In this document: one piece after another, positions 12,058-25,893 of the stretch | How positions within the stretch are numbered: position 1 is the stretch's first letter | Layout: every line of letters begins with the position of its first letter | Origin: Eledone cirrhosa | Taxonomy: Eukaryota | Direction of reading: 5' to 3' | Assembly (NCBI GenBank): GCA_964016885.1 | Contig: OZ024743.1 | Span: 222,456,001-222,520,000, forward strand | Length of the DNA stretch: 64,000 bases | The notes under the pieces: generated by a model | Database searches by the model: none | What the model saw: the letters and a program-made list of their open reading frames with translations, nothing else | Told to the model about the DNA's origin: nothing | Made by a program: the position numbers and the translations under genes

Positions 12058-15000
12058 GGCGTGTTTTAGTGTGTATGTATATGTAGCTATAGTGGTGTGT
12101 ATTTTAGTGTGTATGTATATGTAGCTATAGTGGTGTGTGTTTTAGTGTGTATGTATATGTAGCTATAGTGGTGTGTGTTTTAGTGTGTATGTATATGTAG
12201 CTATAGTGGTGTGTATTTTAGTGTGTATGTATATGTAGCTATAGTAGTGTATATTTTAGTGTGTATGTATATGTAGCTATAGTAGTGTATATTTTAGTGT
12301 GTATGTGTATGTAGCTATAGTGGTGTGTATTTTAGTGTGTATGTATATGTAGCTATAGTGGTGTGTGTTTTAGTGTGTATGTATATGTAGCTATAGTAGT
12401 GTATATTTTAGTGTGTATGTATATGTAGCTATAGTAGTGTATATTTTAGTGTGTATGTGTATGTAGCTATAGTGGTGTGTGTTTTAGTGTATATGTGTAT
12501 GTAGCTATAGTGGTGTGTTTTAGTGTATATGTAGCTATAGTGGTGTGTATTTTAGTGTGTATGTATATGTAGCTATAGTGGTGTGTGTTTTAGTGTGTAT
12601 GTATATGTAGCTATAGTGGTGTGTGTTTTAGTGTGTATGTATATGTAGCTATAGTGGTGTATATTTTAGTGTGTATGTGTATGTAGCTATAGTGGTGTGT
12701 TTTAGTGTCTATGTATATGTAGCTATAGTGGTGTATGTTTTAGTGTGTATGTATATGTAGCTATAGTGGTGTGTGTTTTAGTGTATATGTATATGTAGCT
12801 ATAGTGGTGTGTGTTTTAGTGTGTATGTATATGTAGCTATAGTGGTGTGTGTTTTAGTGTATATGTATATGTAGCTATAGTGGTGTATGTTTTAGTGTGT
12901 ATGTATATGTAGCTATAGTGGTGTGTGTTTTAGTGTATATGTATATGTAGCTATAGTGGTGTGTGTTTTAGTGTGTATGTATATGTAGCTATAGTGGTGT
13001 GTGTTTTAGTGTGTATGTATATGTAGATATAGTGGTGTGTGTTTTAGTGTGTATGTATATGTAGCTATAGTGGTGTGTTTTAGTGTATATGTATATGTAG
13101 CTATAGTGGTGTGTGTTTTAGTGTATATGTATATGTAGCTATAGTGGTGTGTGTTTTAGTGTATATGTATATGTAGCTATAGTGGTGTGTGTTTTAGTGT
13201 GTATGTATATGTAGCTATAGTGGTGTGTTTTAGTGTATAGGTATATGTAGCTATAGTGGTGTGTGTTTTAGTGTGTATGTATATGTAGCTATAGTGGTGT
13301 ATATTTTAGTGTGTATGTATATGTAGCTATAGTGGTGTGTATTTTAGTGTGTATGTATATGTAGCTATAGTGGTGTATATTTTAGTGTATATGTATATGT
13401 AGCTATAGTGGTGTGTGTTTTAGTGTGTATGTATATGTAGCTATAGTGGTGTATATTTTAGTGTATATGTATATGTAGCTATAGTGGTGTGTGTTTTAGT
13501 GTATATGTATATGTAGCTATAGTGGTGTGTGTTTTAGTGTGTATGTATATGTAGCTATAGTGGTGTGTGTTTTAGTGTATATGTATATGTAGCTGTAGTG
13601 GTATGTATTTTAGTGTATATGTATATGTAGCTATAGTGGTGTATATTTTAGTGTATATGTATATGTAGCTATAGTGGTGTGTGTTTTAGTGTGTATGTAT
13701 ATGTAGCTATAGTGGTGTGTGTTTTAGTGTATATGTATATGTAGCTATAGTGGTGTGTTTTAGTGTATATGTATATGTAGCTATAGTGGTGTGTGTTTTA
13801 GTGTGTATGTATATGTAGCTATAGTGGTGTGTGTTTTAGTGTGTATGTATATGTAGCTATAGTGGTGTGTGTTTTAGTGTGTATGTATATGTAGTCGTAG
13901 TGTTATGTATGTGTATGTATATGTAGCCGAAGTGGTGTGTATGTGTATGTATATGTAGCTATAGTGGTGTGTGTTTTAGTGTATATGTATATGTAGCTAT
14001 AGTGGTGTGTGTTTTAGTGTATATGTAGCTATAGTGGTGTGTGTTTTAGTGTGTATGTATATGTAGCTATAGTGGTGTGTGTTTTAGTGTGTATGTATAT
14101 GTAGCTATAGTGGTGTGTGTTTTAGTGTGTATGTATATGTAGCTATAGTGGTGTGTGTTTTAGTGTGTATGTATATGTAGCTATAGTGGTGTGTTTTAGT
14201 GTATATGTATATGTAGCTATAGTGGTGTGTGTTTTAGTGTGTATGTATATGTAGCTATAGTGGTGTATATTTTAGTGTATATGTATATGTAGCTATAGTG
14301 GTGTGTGTTTTAGTGTGTATGTATATGTAGCTATAGTGGTGTGTATTTTAGTGTGTATGTATATGTAGCTATAGTGGTGTGTATTTTAGTGTGTATGTAT
14401 ATGTAGCTATAGTAGTGTATATTTTAGTGTATATGTATATGTAGCTATAGTGGTGTGTGTTTTAGTGTATATGTATATGTAGCTATAGTGGTGTGTGTTT
14501 TAGTGTGTATGTATATGTAGCTATAGTGGTATGTGTTTTAGTGTGTATGTATATGTAGCTATAGTGGTGTGTGTTTTAGTGTGTATGTATATGTAGTCGT
14601 AGTGTTATGTATGTGTATGTATATGTAGCTATAGTAGTGTGTTTTAGTGTATATGTATATGTAGCTATAGTGGTGTGTATTTTAGTGTGTATGTATATGT
14701 AACTATAGTGGTGTGTGTTTTAGTGTGTATGTATATGTAGCTATAGTGGTGTGTGTTTTAGTGTATATGTATATGTAGCTATAGTGGTGTGTGTTTTAGT
14801 GTGTATGTATATGTAGCTATAGTGGTGTGTGTTTTAGTGTATATGTATATGTAGCTATAGTGGTGTGTATTTTAGTGTGTATGTATATGTAGCTATAGTG
14901 GTGCGTGTTTTAGTGTGTATGTATATGTAGCTATAGTGGTGTGTGTTTTAGTGTGTATGTATATGTAGCTATAGTGGTGTGTGTTTTAGTGTATATGTAT

Positions 15001-18000
15001 ATGTAGCTATAGTGGTGTGTGTTTTAGTGTGTATGTATATGTAGCTATAGTGGTGTGTGTTTTAGTGTGTATGTATATGTAGCTATAGTGGTGTGTATTT
15101 TAGTGTATATGTATATGTAGCTATAGTGGTGTGTGTTTTAGTGTGTATGTATATGTAGCTATAGTGGTGTGTGTTTTAGTGTATATGTATATGTAGCTAT
15201 AGTGGTGTGTATTTTAGTGTGTATGTATATGTAGCTATAGTGGTGTGTGTTTTAGTGTGTATGTATATGTAGCTATAGTGGTATGTATTTTAGTGTGTAT
15301 GTATATGTAGCTATAGTGGTATGTATTTTAGTGTGTATGTATATGTAGCTATAGTGGTGTGTATTTTAGTGTATATGTATATGTAGCTATAGTGGTGTGT
15401 GTTTTAGTGTGTATGTATATGTAGCTATAGTGGTGTGTATTTTAGTGTATATGTATATGTAGCTATAGTGGTGTGTGTTTTAGTGTGTATGTATATGTAG
15501 CTATAGTGGTGTGTGTTTTAGTGTATATGTATATGTAGCTATAGTGGTGTGTATTTTAGTGTGTATGTATATGTAGCTATAGTGGTGTGTGTTTTAGTGT
15601 GTATGTATATGTAGCTATAGTGGTATGTACTTTAGTGTGTATGTATATGTAGCTATAGTGGTGTGTATTTTAGTGTGTATGTATATGTAGCTATAGTGGT
15701 GTGTGTTTTAGTGTATATGTATATGTAGCTATATTGGTGTGTGTTTTAGTGTGTATGTATATTTAGCTATAGTGGTATGTGTTTTAGTGTATATGTATAT
15801 TTAGCTATAGTAGTGTGTTTTAGTGTATATGTATATGTAGCTATAGTGGTGTGTGTTTTAGTGTGTATGTATATGTAGCTATAGTGGTGTGTGTTTTAGT
15901 GTGTATGTATATGTAGCTGTAGTGGTGTGTATTTTAGTGTGTATGTATATGTAATTATATTAGTGTGTATTTTAGTGTATATGTATATGTAGCTGTAGTG
16001 GTGTGTATTTTAGTGTGTATGTATATGTAGCTATAGTGGTGTGTGTTTTAGTGTGTATGTATATGTAGCTATAGTGGTATGTGTTTTAGTGTGTATGTAT
16101 ATGTAGCTATAGTGGTGTGTGTTTTAGTGTATATGTATATGTAGCTATAGTGGTGTGTATTTTAGTGTATATGTATATGTAGCTATAGTGGTGTGTGTTT
16201 TAGTGTGTAGGTATATGTAGCTATAGTGGTGTGTGTTTTAGTGTGTATGTATATGTAGTCGTAGTGTTATGTATGTGTATGTATATGTAGCCGAAGTGGT
16301 GTGTATTTGTATGTATATGTAACTATAGTGGTGTGTGTTTTAGTGTGTATGTATATGTAGCTATAGTGGTGTATATTTTAGTGTGTATGTATATGTAGCT
16401 ATAGTAGTGTATATTTTAGTGTGTATGTATATGTAGCTATAGTAGTGTGTTTTAGTGTATATGTATATGTAGCTATAGTGGTGTGTATTTTAGTGTGTAT
16501 GTATATTTAGCTATAGTGGTATGTGTTTTAGTGTATATGTATATTTAGCTATAGTAGTGTGTTTTAGTGTATATGTATATGTAGTTATATTAGTGTGTAT
16601 TTTAGTGTATATGTATATGTAGCTATAGTGGTGTGTGTTTTAGTGTGTATGTATATTTAGCTATAGTGGTATGTGTTTTAGTGTATATGTATATGTAGTT
16701 ATATTAGTGTGTATTTTAGTGTATATGTATATGTAGCTGTAGTGGTGTGTATTTTAGTGTGTATGTATATGTAGTTATATTAGTGTGTATTTTAGTGTAT
16801 ATGTATATGTAGCTGTAGTGGTGTGTATTTTAGTGTGTATGTATATGTAGCTATAGTGGTATGTGTTTTAGTGTGTATGTATATGTAGCTATAGTGGTGT
16901 GTGTTTTAGTGTGTATGTATATGTAGCTATAGTGGTGTGTGTTTTAGTGTATATGTATATGTAGCTATAGTGGTGTGTGTTTTAGTGTGTATGTATATGT
17001 AGCTATAGTCGTGTGTGTATGTATATGTAGCTATAGTCGTGTGTGTTTTAGTGTGTATGTATATGTAGCTATAGTGGTGTGTGTTTTAGTGTGTATTTTA
17101 GTCTATATGTAGCTATAGTGGTGTGTGTTTTAGTGTGTATGTATATGTAGTCGTAGTGTTATGTATGTGTATGTATATGTAGCTATAGTAGTGTGTTTTA
17201 GTGTATATGTATATGTAGCTATAGTGGTGTGTATTTTAGTGTGTATGTATATGTAACTATAGTGGTGTGTGTTTTAGTGTGTATGTATATGTAGCTATAG
17301 TGGTGTGTGTTTTAGTGTATATGTATATGTAGCTATAGTGGTGTGTGTTTTAGTGTGTATGTATATGTAGCTATAGTGGTGTGTGTTTTAGTGTATATGT
17401 ATATGTAGCTATAGTGGTGTGTATTTTAGTGTGTATGTATATGTAGCTATAGTGGTGCGTGTTTTAGTGTGTATGTATATGTAGCTATAGTGGTGTGTGT
17501 TTTAGTGTGTATGTATATGTAGCTATAGTGGTGTGTGTTTTAGTGTATATGTATATGTAGCTATAGTGGTGTGTGTTTTAGTGTGTATGTATATGTAGCT
17601 ATAGTGGTGTGTGTTTTAGTGTGTATGTATATGTAGCTATAGTGGTGTGTATTTTAGTGTATATGTATATGTAGCTATAGTGGTGTGTGTTTTAGTGTGT
17701 ATGTATATGTAGCTATAGTGGTGTGTGTTTTAGTGTATATGTATATGTAGCTATAGTGGTGTGTATTTTAGTGTGTATGTATATGTAGCTATAGTGGTGT
17801 GTGTTTTAGTGTGTATGTATATGTAGCTATAGTGGTATGTATTTTAGTGTGTATGTATATGTAGCTATAGTGGTATGTATTTTAGTGTGTATGTATATGT
17901 AGCTATAGTGGTGTGTATTTTAGTGTATATGTATATGTAGCTATAGTGGTGTGTGTTTTAGTGTGTATGTATATGTAGCTATAGTGGTGTGTATTTTAGT

Positions 18001-19850
18001 GTATATGTATATGTAGCTATAGTGGTGTGTGTTTTAGTGTGTATGTATATGTAGCTATAGTGGTGTGTGTTTTAGTGTATATGTATATGTAGCTATAGTG
18101 GTGTGTATTTTAGTGTGTATGTATATGTAGCTATAGTGGTGTGTGTTTTAGTGTATATGTATATGTAGCTATATTGGTGTGTGTTTTAGTGTGTATGTAT
18201 ATTTAGCTATAGTGGTATGTGTTTTAGTGTATATGTATATTTAGCTATAGTAGTGTGTTTTAGTGTATATGTATATGTAGCTATAGTGGTGTGTGTTTTA
18301 GTGTGTATGTATATGTAGCTATAGTGGTGTGTGTTTTAGTGTGTATGTATATGTAGCTGTAGTGGTGTGTATTTTAGTGTGTATGTATATGTAATTATAT
18401 TAGTGTGTATTTTAGTGTATATGTATATGTAGCTGTAGTGGTGTGTATTTTAGTGTGTATGTATATGTAGCTATAGTGGTGTGTGTTTTAGTGTGTATGT
18501 ATATGTAGCTATAGTGGTATGTGTTTTAGTGTGTATGTATATGTAGCTATAGTGGTGTGTGTTTTAGTGTATATGTATATGTAGCTATAGTGGTGTGTAT
18601 TTTAGTGTATATGTATATGTAGCTATAGTGGTGTGTGTTTTAGTGTGTAGGTATATGTAGCTATAGTGGTGTGTGTTTTAGTGTGTATGTATATGTAGTC
18701 GTAGTGTTATGTATGTGTATGTATATGTAGCCGAAGTGGTGTGTATTTGTATGTATATGTAACTATAGTGGTGTGTGTTTTAGTGTGTATGTATATGTAG
18801 CTATAGTGGTGTATATTTTAGTGTGTATGTATATGTAGCTATAGTAGTGTATATTTTAGTGTGTATGTATATGTAGCTATAGTAGTGTGTTTTAGTGTAT
18901 ATGTATATGTAGCTATAGTGGTGTGTATTTTAGTGTGTATGTATATTTAGCTATAGTGGTATGTGTTTTAGTGTATATGTATATTTAGCTATAGTAGTGT
19001 GTTTTAGTGTATATGTATATGTAGTTATATTAGTGTGTATTTTAGTGTATATGTATATGTAGCTATAGTGGTGTGTGTTTTAGTGTGTATGTATATTTAG
19101 CTATAGTGGTATGTGTTTTAGTGTATATGTATATGTAGTTATATTAGTGTGTATTTTAGTGTATATGTATATGTAGCTGTAGTGGTGTGTATTTTAGTGT
19201 GTATGTATATGTAGTTATATTAGTGTGTATTTTAGTGTATATGTATATGTAGCTGTAGTGGTGTGTATTTTAGTGTGTATGTATATGTAGCTATAGTGGT
19301 ATGTGTTTTAGTGTGTATGTATATGTAGCTATAGTGGTGTGTGTTTTAGTGTGTATGTATATGTAGCTATAGTGGTGTGTGTTTTAGTGTATATGTATAT
19401 GTAGCTATAGTGGTGTGTGTTTTAGTGTGTATGTATATGTAGCTATAGTCGTGTGTGTATGTATATGTAGCTATAGTCGTGTGTGTTTTAGTGTGTATGT
19501 ATATGTAGCTATAGTGGTGTGTGTTTTAGTGTGTATTTTAGTCTATATGTAGCTATAGTGATGTGTGTTTTAGTGTGTATGTATATGTAGCCGTAGTGGT
19601 GTGTATGTGTATGTATATTTAGCCGTAGTGGTGTGTATTTTAGTGTGTATGTATATGTAGCTATAGTAGTGTGTGTTTTAGTGTCTATGTATATGTAGCT
19701 ATAGTGTTATGTGTTTTAGTGTATATGTATATGTAGCTATAGTAGTGTGTATTTTAGTGTGTATGTATATGTAGCTATAGTGGTGTGTGTTTTAGTGTGT
19801 ATGTATATGTAACTATAGTGGTATGTGTATTTTAGTGTGTATGTGTATGT
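12058..19850. repeat. 38-bp tandem satellite, ~200 copies
   Basis: Consensus ttttagtgtgtatgtatatgtagctatagtggtgtgtg. Period 38 (12121 vs 12159). Confidence 0.97.
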
Positions 19851-21603
19851 AGCCGTAGTGGTGTGTATGTGTATGTAGCCGTAGTGGTATGTATGTGTAT
19901 GTAGCCGTAGTGGTGTGTATGTGTATGTAGCCGTAGTGGTATGTATGTGTATGTAGCCGTAGTGGTATCTATGTGTATGTAGCCGGAGTGGTGTGTATGT
20001 GTATGTAGCCGTAGTGGTATGTATGTGTATGTAGCCGTAGTGGTGTGTATGTGTATGTAGCCGTAGTGGTATGTATGTGTATGTAGCCGTAGTGGTATCT
20101 ATGTGTATGTAGCCGTAGTGGTGTGTATGTGTATGTAGCCGTAGTGGTATCTATGTGTATGTAGCCGGAGTGGTGTGTATGTGTATGTAGCCGTAGTGGT
20201 GTGTATGTGTATGTAGCTGTAGTGGTATGTATGTGTATGTAGCCGGAGTGGTGTGTATGTGTATGTAGCCGTAGTGGTGTGTATGTGTATGTAGCCGTAG
20301 TGGTGTGTATGTGTATGTAGCCGTAGTGGTGTGTATGTGTATGTAGCCGTAGTGGTGTCTATGTGTATGTAGCCGGAGTGGTATGTATGTGTATGTAGCC
20401 GTAGTGGTGTGTATGTGTATGTAGCCGTAGTGGTGTCTATGTGTATGTAGCCGTAGTGGTGTGTATGTGTATGTAGCCGGAGTGGTGTGTATGTAGCCGT
20501 AGTGGTGTGTATGTGTATGTAGCCGTAGTGGTGTGTATGTGTATGTAGCCGGAGTGGTATCTATGTGTATGTAGCCGTAGTGGTGTGTATGTGTATGTAG
20601 CCGTAGTGGTGTGTATGTGTATGTAGCCGGAGTGGTATCTATGTGTATGTAGCCGTAGTGGTATGTATGTGTATGTAGCCGTAGTGGTATGTATGTGTAT
20701 GTAGCCGGAGTGGTATCTATGTGTATGTAGCCGTAGTGGTGTGTATGTGTATGTAGCCGTAGTGGTATGTATGTGTATGTAGCCGTAGTGGTGTGTATGT
20801 GTATGTAGCCGTAGTGGTGTGTATGTGTATGTAGCCGTAGTGGTGTGTATGTGTATGTAGCCGTAGTGGTGTGTATGTGTATGTAGCCGTAGTGGTATGT
20901 ATGTGTATGTAGCCGTAGTGGTGTGTATGTGTATGTAGCCGTAGTGGTGTGTATGTGTATGTAGCCGTAGTGGTGTGTATGTGTATGTAGCCGTAGTGGT
21001 GTGTATGTGTATGTAGCCGTAGTGGTGTGTATGTGTATGTAGCCGTAGTGGTGTGTATGTGTATGTAGCCGGAGTGGTATGTATGTGTATGTAGCCGTAG
21101 TGGTGTGTATGTGTATGTAGCCGTAGTGGTATGTATGTAGCCGTAGTGGTGTGTATGTGTATGTAGCCGTAGTGGTGTGTATGTGTATGTAGCCGTAGTG
21201 GTGTGTATGTGTATGTAGCCGTAGTGGTGTGTATGTGTATGTAGCCGTAGTGGTGTGTATGTGTATGTAGCCGTAGTGGTGTGTATGTGTATGTAGCCGT
21301 AGTGGTGTGTATGTGTATGTAGCCGTAGTGGTGTGTATGTGTATGTAGCCGTAGTGGTGTGTATGTGTATGTAGCCGTAGTGGTGTGTATGTGTATGTAG
21401 CCGTAGTGGTGTGTATGTGTATGTAGCCGTAGTGGTGTGTATGTGTATGTAGCCGTAGTGGTGTGTATGTGTATGTAGCCGTAGTGGTGTGTATGTGTAT
21501 GTAGCCGTAGTGGTGTGTATGTGTATGTAGCCGTAGTGGTGTGTATGTGTATGTAGCCGTAGTGGTGTGTATGTGTATGTAGCCGTAGTGGTGTGTATGT
21601 GTA
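19851..21603. repeat. 26-bp tandem satellite, ~65 copies
   Basis: Consensus gtgtatgtgtatgtagccgtagtggt, nearly homogeneous from ~21140. It explains the 422-aa minus-strand ORF. Confidence 0.97.
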
Positions 21604-21779
21604 TTCTGAGGTAATAGTGGGAGTTTCTAGATTATGTTGCAGATGGCAATATTGATCGGTGCGCGCAGACACACACACACATACCACTGCTACATACACA
21701 CACACATATCACTGCTACATACACACACACACAGAACTGCTTGATGGTGCAGTCAGCTCTGTGTGGCATTTACTGCTAA

Positions 21780-22430
21780 AATCACCATAAATTCCACCAC
21801 CACTATCATCCATACCAATACCACCCCCACCACCATCATCTCTATCACCACCCCCACCACCATCACCACTAACGTCATCATCATCATCCATACCAATACC
21901 ACCCCCACCACCATCACCAATAACATCACCATCATCATCATCAATACCAATACCACCACCATCACCAATAACATCACCATCATCATCAATACCAATACCA
22001 CCCCCATCACCAATAACATCATCATCATCATCATCAATACCAATACCACCCCCACCACCAATAGCATCATCATCCATACCAATAGCACCTCCGCCACCAT
22101 CGCCAATAACATCACCACCATCACCAATACCACCACCCCCACCACCATCACCAGTAACATCACCATCATCATCAATACCAATACCACCCCCACCACCATC
22201 ACCAGTAACATCACCATCATCATCAATACCAATAGCACCCCCGCCACCATCACCAATACCACCACCCCCATCACCATCATCATCCATACCAATACCACCC
22301 CCGCCACCATCATCTCTATCACCACCACTGTCAATAACAACAACACACCTACCATTACCATCACCACTAACATCATCACCATGAATGCCACCACCAAAAG
22401 CAACAGCAGTAACATCACAATCATCTTCAT
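21780..22430. repeat. Degenerate (CAC/CAT/AAT)n trinucleotide tract with sub-repeats
   Basis: Open in several frames on both strands, typical of a simple repeat. Confidence 0.9.
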
Positions 22431-22507
22431 CCAATGGTTTAATCTTGACCATCAGTTTATGGTGGTTTGCATGTCCTTAGTTAGTTTCATATTATAACAA
22501 TAATATA

Positions 22508-22542
<35 letters not shown>

Positions 22543-22847
22543 CTGCATTTCCTGGCGCCATGGGATGGACCCTAATTTTGACAACCAAAAATTTGAAAAA
22601 AAATAATAAACAACCTTCGGCTTCCAGGGTGCATAGTAGATTTCTGAGACTTATTTTAGGAAAAAAGTAGCTTCTTTGATGCCAGAGAGAGAGAGCGAGA
22701 GCGAGAGCGAGAGCGAGAGAGCGCGAGCGAGAGAGAGAGAGATGACTCCTGCAGGACTAAAACTGTCTCATTTGTATGAAATAGTTTCATATGAATGAAA
22801 CAGTTCTTGGAAGGTTTAACTAACTTTCTCATTATTAAGTTTTATAT

Positions 22848-22995
22848 TCTGAGTTCAAATCTCGTCGAGGTGAGCTTTACTTTTCATCCTTATGGGGCTT
22901 GATAAAATAAGGTATCAGTAACACACAGGGATCGATTTAATCAACTTTTCTCTCCCCGAAAATTGTTGGCCCTGTGCCTAATTCAGAAATCATTA
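22848..22995 (+). mobile_element. tRNA-derived SINE fragment (family S1) nested in a MITE B copy
   Basis: tctgagttcaaat (B-box-like)...tttcatcctta...gataaaataaggtatcag. Confidence 0.75.
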
Positions 22996-23717
22996 AGTTG
23001 GTTTCTGGAACAAAGTTTCCTACAGAAAATCATGATGGAAGGTTTTTAGATAAATATAAACACTTTAAAATGAATAGCTTTGTATCATAGAACCAGGAGT
23101 AGTTTTAGGCAGTTTGATATCAAAATAATTGAGGATGTCTCCCTCCTTTCCACTTATCTTGGAACCCCACAAAAAAGTAATGGGGGCACAGCCCTTCCAT
23201 TTCTGACCAAAGAATGAAAAAAAAAAAGAGTAAAATAGCATGTTTGTTGACTTAGGGATTAAAAGGACCATTACGTCCTGGGGGAGAAGCACTGTGGGCC
23301 AGGGGGAAGGAGTGTGATTACCACAAGTTATAGTGCTAATCAGCAATATAGCTGATAGTACAAAATTAGGGAGACAAATTTTCTATTTCAAATTTTCCTT
23401 AATTCCGTTTTTACTTTTGATAAATTCCCTTTTTTCCATTTTATTATGTTTTATGGGTAAATTACAATAAATATTATTAAAATAAATATAATTAAAACAA
23501 GGACAAATTACCAAGTTTTAGGAAAATATTAGTCACAAAAATTGTTCTGCCGCTGGCAATAGAGAAGTAGTTTGTGGGACACACATATACACACACATAC
23601 ATTACCATGGTAACTTTCACTCGTCCAAATCCAAGTAGACCATCATTGTTGTGTTGGTGATATTACTGGTACACTAGGTGACCATATTAATAGGTCATCA
23701 ATTATATTTAATAAGAA

Positions 23718-24115
23718 CACACACCCACACTCTCACACACACTCACATACTTACACTCTCTCACACTTCCACTCATACACACACCCACACACTCTCATAC
23801 TCCCTCTCACACACCCTCACATACTTACACACTCTCACTCTCACACACACTTCCACACTCACACACCCACACACTCTCACACACCCTACATACTTACACA
23901 CACACACTTCCACACTCTCATACACACACCCACACACTCTCATACTCCCTCTCATACACCCTCACATACTTACACACTCTCACACACACACTTCCACACT
24001 CTCACACACCCTCACATACTTACACTCTCACATACTTACATATTCACATACTTACATACTTACACTCCCACACACACACACACTCTCACATTCATATACT
24101 CACTCACACACACAC
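23718..24115. repeat. Degenerate (CA)-rich low-complexity tract
   Basis: cacactctca and catactta sub-repeats. Confidence 0.9.
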
Positions 24116-24341
24116 CAATATGTATATAAGTGTATATTGAGAAAATGTATACTTTAACATATAAAACTATTAAAAAAAAACAGCAAACAAACTAAACAAA
24201 CACTGACATCTTATATAAGCCATCTCTCTTCCTTTTATCACCCCCACCCCCTCTGTTGAGTCTCATATACCCCCCCCCCCACACACACACACACACACTG
24301 ATGCAGCACTAAGCATTTTACCCAGTAATAATTTCCCAGAC

Positions 24342-24486
24342 AACAACAGCAGCAGAAACAGCAACAGTAGTAGAAACAGCAACAGAAACAGCAACATAAA
24401 CAGCAGCAGGAGCAGATACAGCATCAGCAACAACAGTAGCATAAACAGCAACAACAGCAGCAGCAGTGGTAGCAGCAATAACAGCA
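24342..24486. repeat. Degenerate (CAG/CAA)n tract
   Basis: Gives the poly-Leu ORF on the minus strand. Confidence 0.8.
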
Positions 24487-24568
24487 ATATTAGCTCTCCT
24501 TCTACAATTTCCTCACCACCCACGTTGTGTTTTTTGGTTCCTTCTCTAGCCACTAACCGGCCTACAGT

Positions 24569-24648
24569 CTAAATGTTCCTATTGACTTCATTGATCACAC
24601 AACTCATTGAGGGACTGTAAAGGTCAGCTAGTCTCAGCTCTTCCTCTC
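24569..24648 (-). other. Candidate terminal exon of an unidentified minus-strand transcript
   Basis: Acceptor tttctttttattaattaatcag|GAGAGG. One frame reads EEELRLADLYSPSMSCVINEVNRNI*. No homology recognised. Confidence 0.2.
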
Positions 24649-24669
24649 CTGATTAATTAATAAAAAGAA

Positions 24670-24742
<73 letters not shown>

Positions 24743-24849
24743 TACATACATACCCTCAGATAATATACTTTACAATATTTGTTCTGGTTTTCTACACTCT
24801 TGTGTTCAAATCCTGCTCTGGTCAATTTTGACTTTTATACTAACAGGGT

Positions 24850-25240
24850 ATATAATGTCCAGTTCTATGGTAGATAATGTCCAGGGTATATGTCCTGTTT
24901 GAGGATGTATAATGTCCAGGGTATATAAAGTCTAGTTCTATGTGATATAATTTCAGGGTATATAACGTCATGTTCCTGCATATATAATGTGCAAGGTATA
25001 TAATGTTCTGTTCTAGTGTGTCTAATGTGCAGGGTATATAATGTCCTGTTCTAGGGTATATAATGTGCAGGGCATATAATGTCCTGTTCTAGGGTATCAG
25101 ATACCCAGTGTACATAATGTCCTGCTCTAGGGTATCAAATGCCCAGGGTATATAATGTCCTGTTCTAGGTGTATAATGAGCAGGGTATATAATGTCCTGT
25201 TCCAGTGTATATAATGTCCAAGGTATACAATGTCCTGTTC
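24850..25240. repeat. Composite minisatellite (~38 bp, alternating ~16 and ~22 bp subunits)
   Basis: tataatgtgcagggta alternating with tataatgtcctgttctagggta. Confidence 0.85.
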
Positions 25241-25635
25241 TGGTCTGAACTTTACAATAATCCAAAGTTAATATATTAATTAATATATTATTATAGTTAA
25301 TTAATTAGAAGTTGAACCTAAAATAGAAGAAAACCATTGTATAGATTTCATACAATGGCAGCCAACTATTCTGTGGTATTTGACAGTTTCATTGGTTTCC
25401 TAGGAATTCTTTTAATATGGGAAATTCAAAGCTTCTCTCATTGTTAATCTTTCTTCTTAGTTTTCTTTGGTTATATATCACTCACATAACATATGTGATA
25501 ATGTTTGTTTATCATACACATGACAAATGTGTGATAATTTATAGGGTGTTATGCTAATAATGCTGTTTGACTCCTATCCATCATGTAAAAAGGAATTAGA
25601 GAAGTATCAAGCCCCTTTAGAGGTTAGATGGTTGA

Positions 25636-25893
25636 TAACTCTTTTAATACTAAACTGCCCGAAACTGCCTCTGGTTCTACAATACAAAACTGTCTGTTTT
25701 AAAGTGTTTATAGTCATCGGAAAACTTCCTATCATAATTTTAGGTAAGAACCTTTGATAAGTTATGTTCCAAACAACAGCTCAATAATGCGAAAGTTAAT
25801 TATGTTACTAAATCACCTCAAATTCTTGATTATTTTCAAACTTGAAAATCATAAGCAATGTCTTTTATTAGAAATAGTGTAATGGAAAGGTTA
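25636..25893. mobile_element. MITE family B copy (further partial copies at 26110-26402)
   Basis: aaactgcctctggttctacaatacaaaac...gaaaggttaa. Confidence 0.75.

Noticed and set aside
1208-21603. Regular arrays as CRISPR-like loci
   Set aside because: Units are head-to-tail with no unique spacers, there are no cas genes, and the context is eukaryotic.
20437-21705. 422-aa His/Thr/Tyr-rich ORF
   Set aside because: Three 26-bp monomers give a 26-aa repeat, and the monomer simply lacks stops on that strand.
21715-22497. Gly/Asp-rich acidic ORF resembling a biomineral protein
   Set aside because: Degenerate (CAC/CAT)n with three overlapping ORFs. It cannot be distinguished from a simple repeat without expression data.
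23603-23617. RFX X-box-like palindrome attaccatggtaac
   Set aside because: An isolated short motif with no promoter context, plausible by chance.
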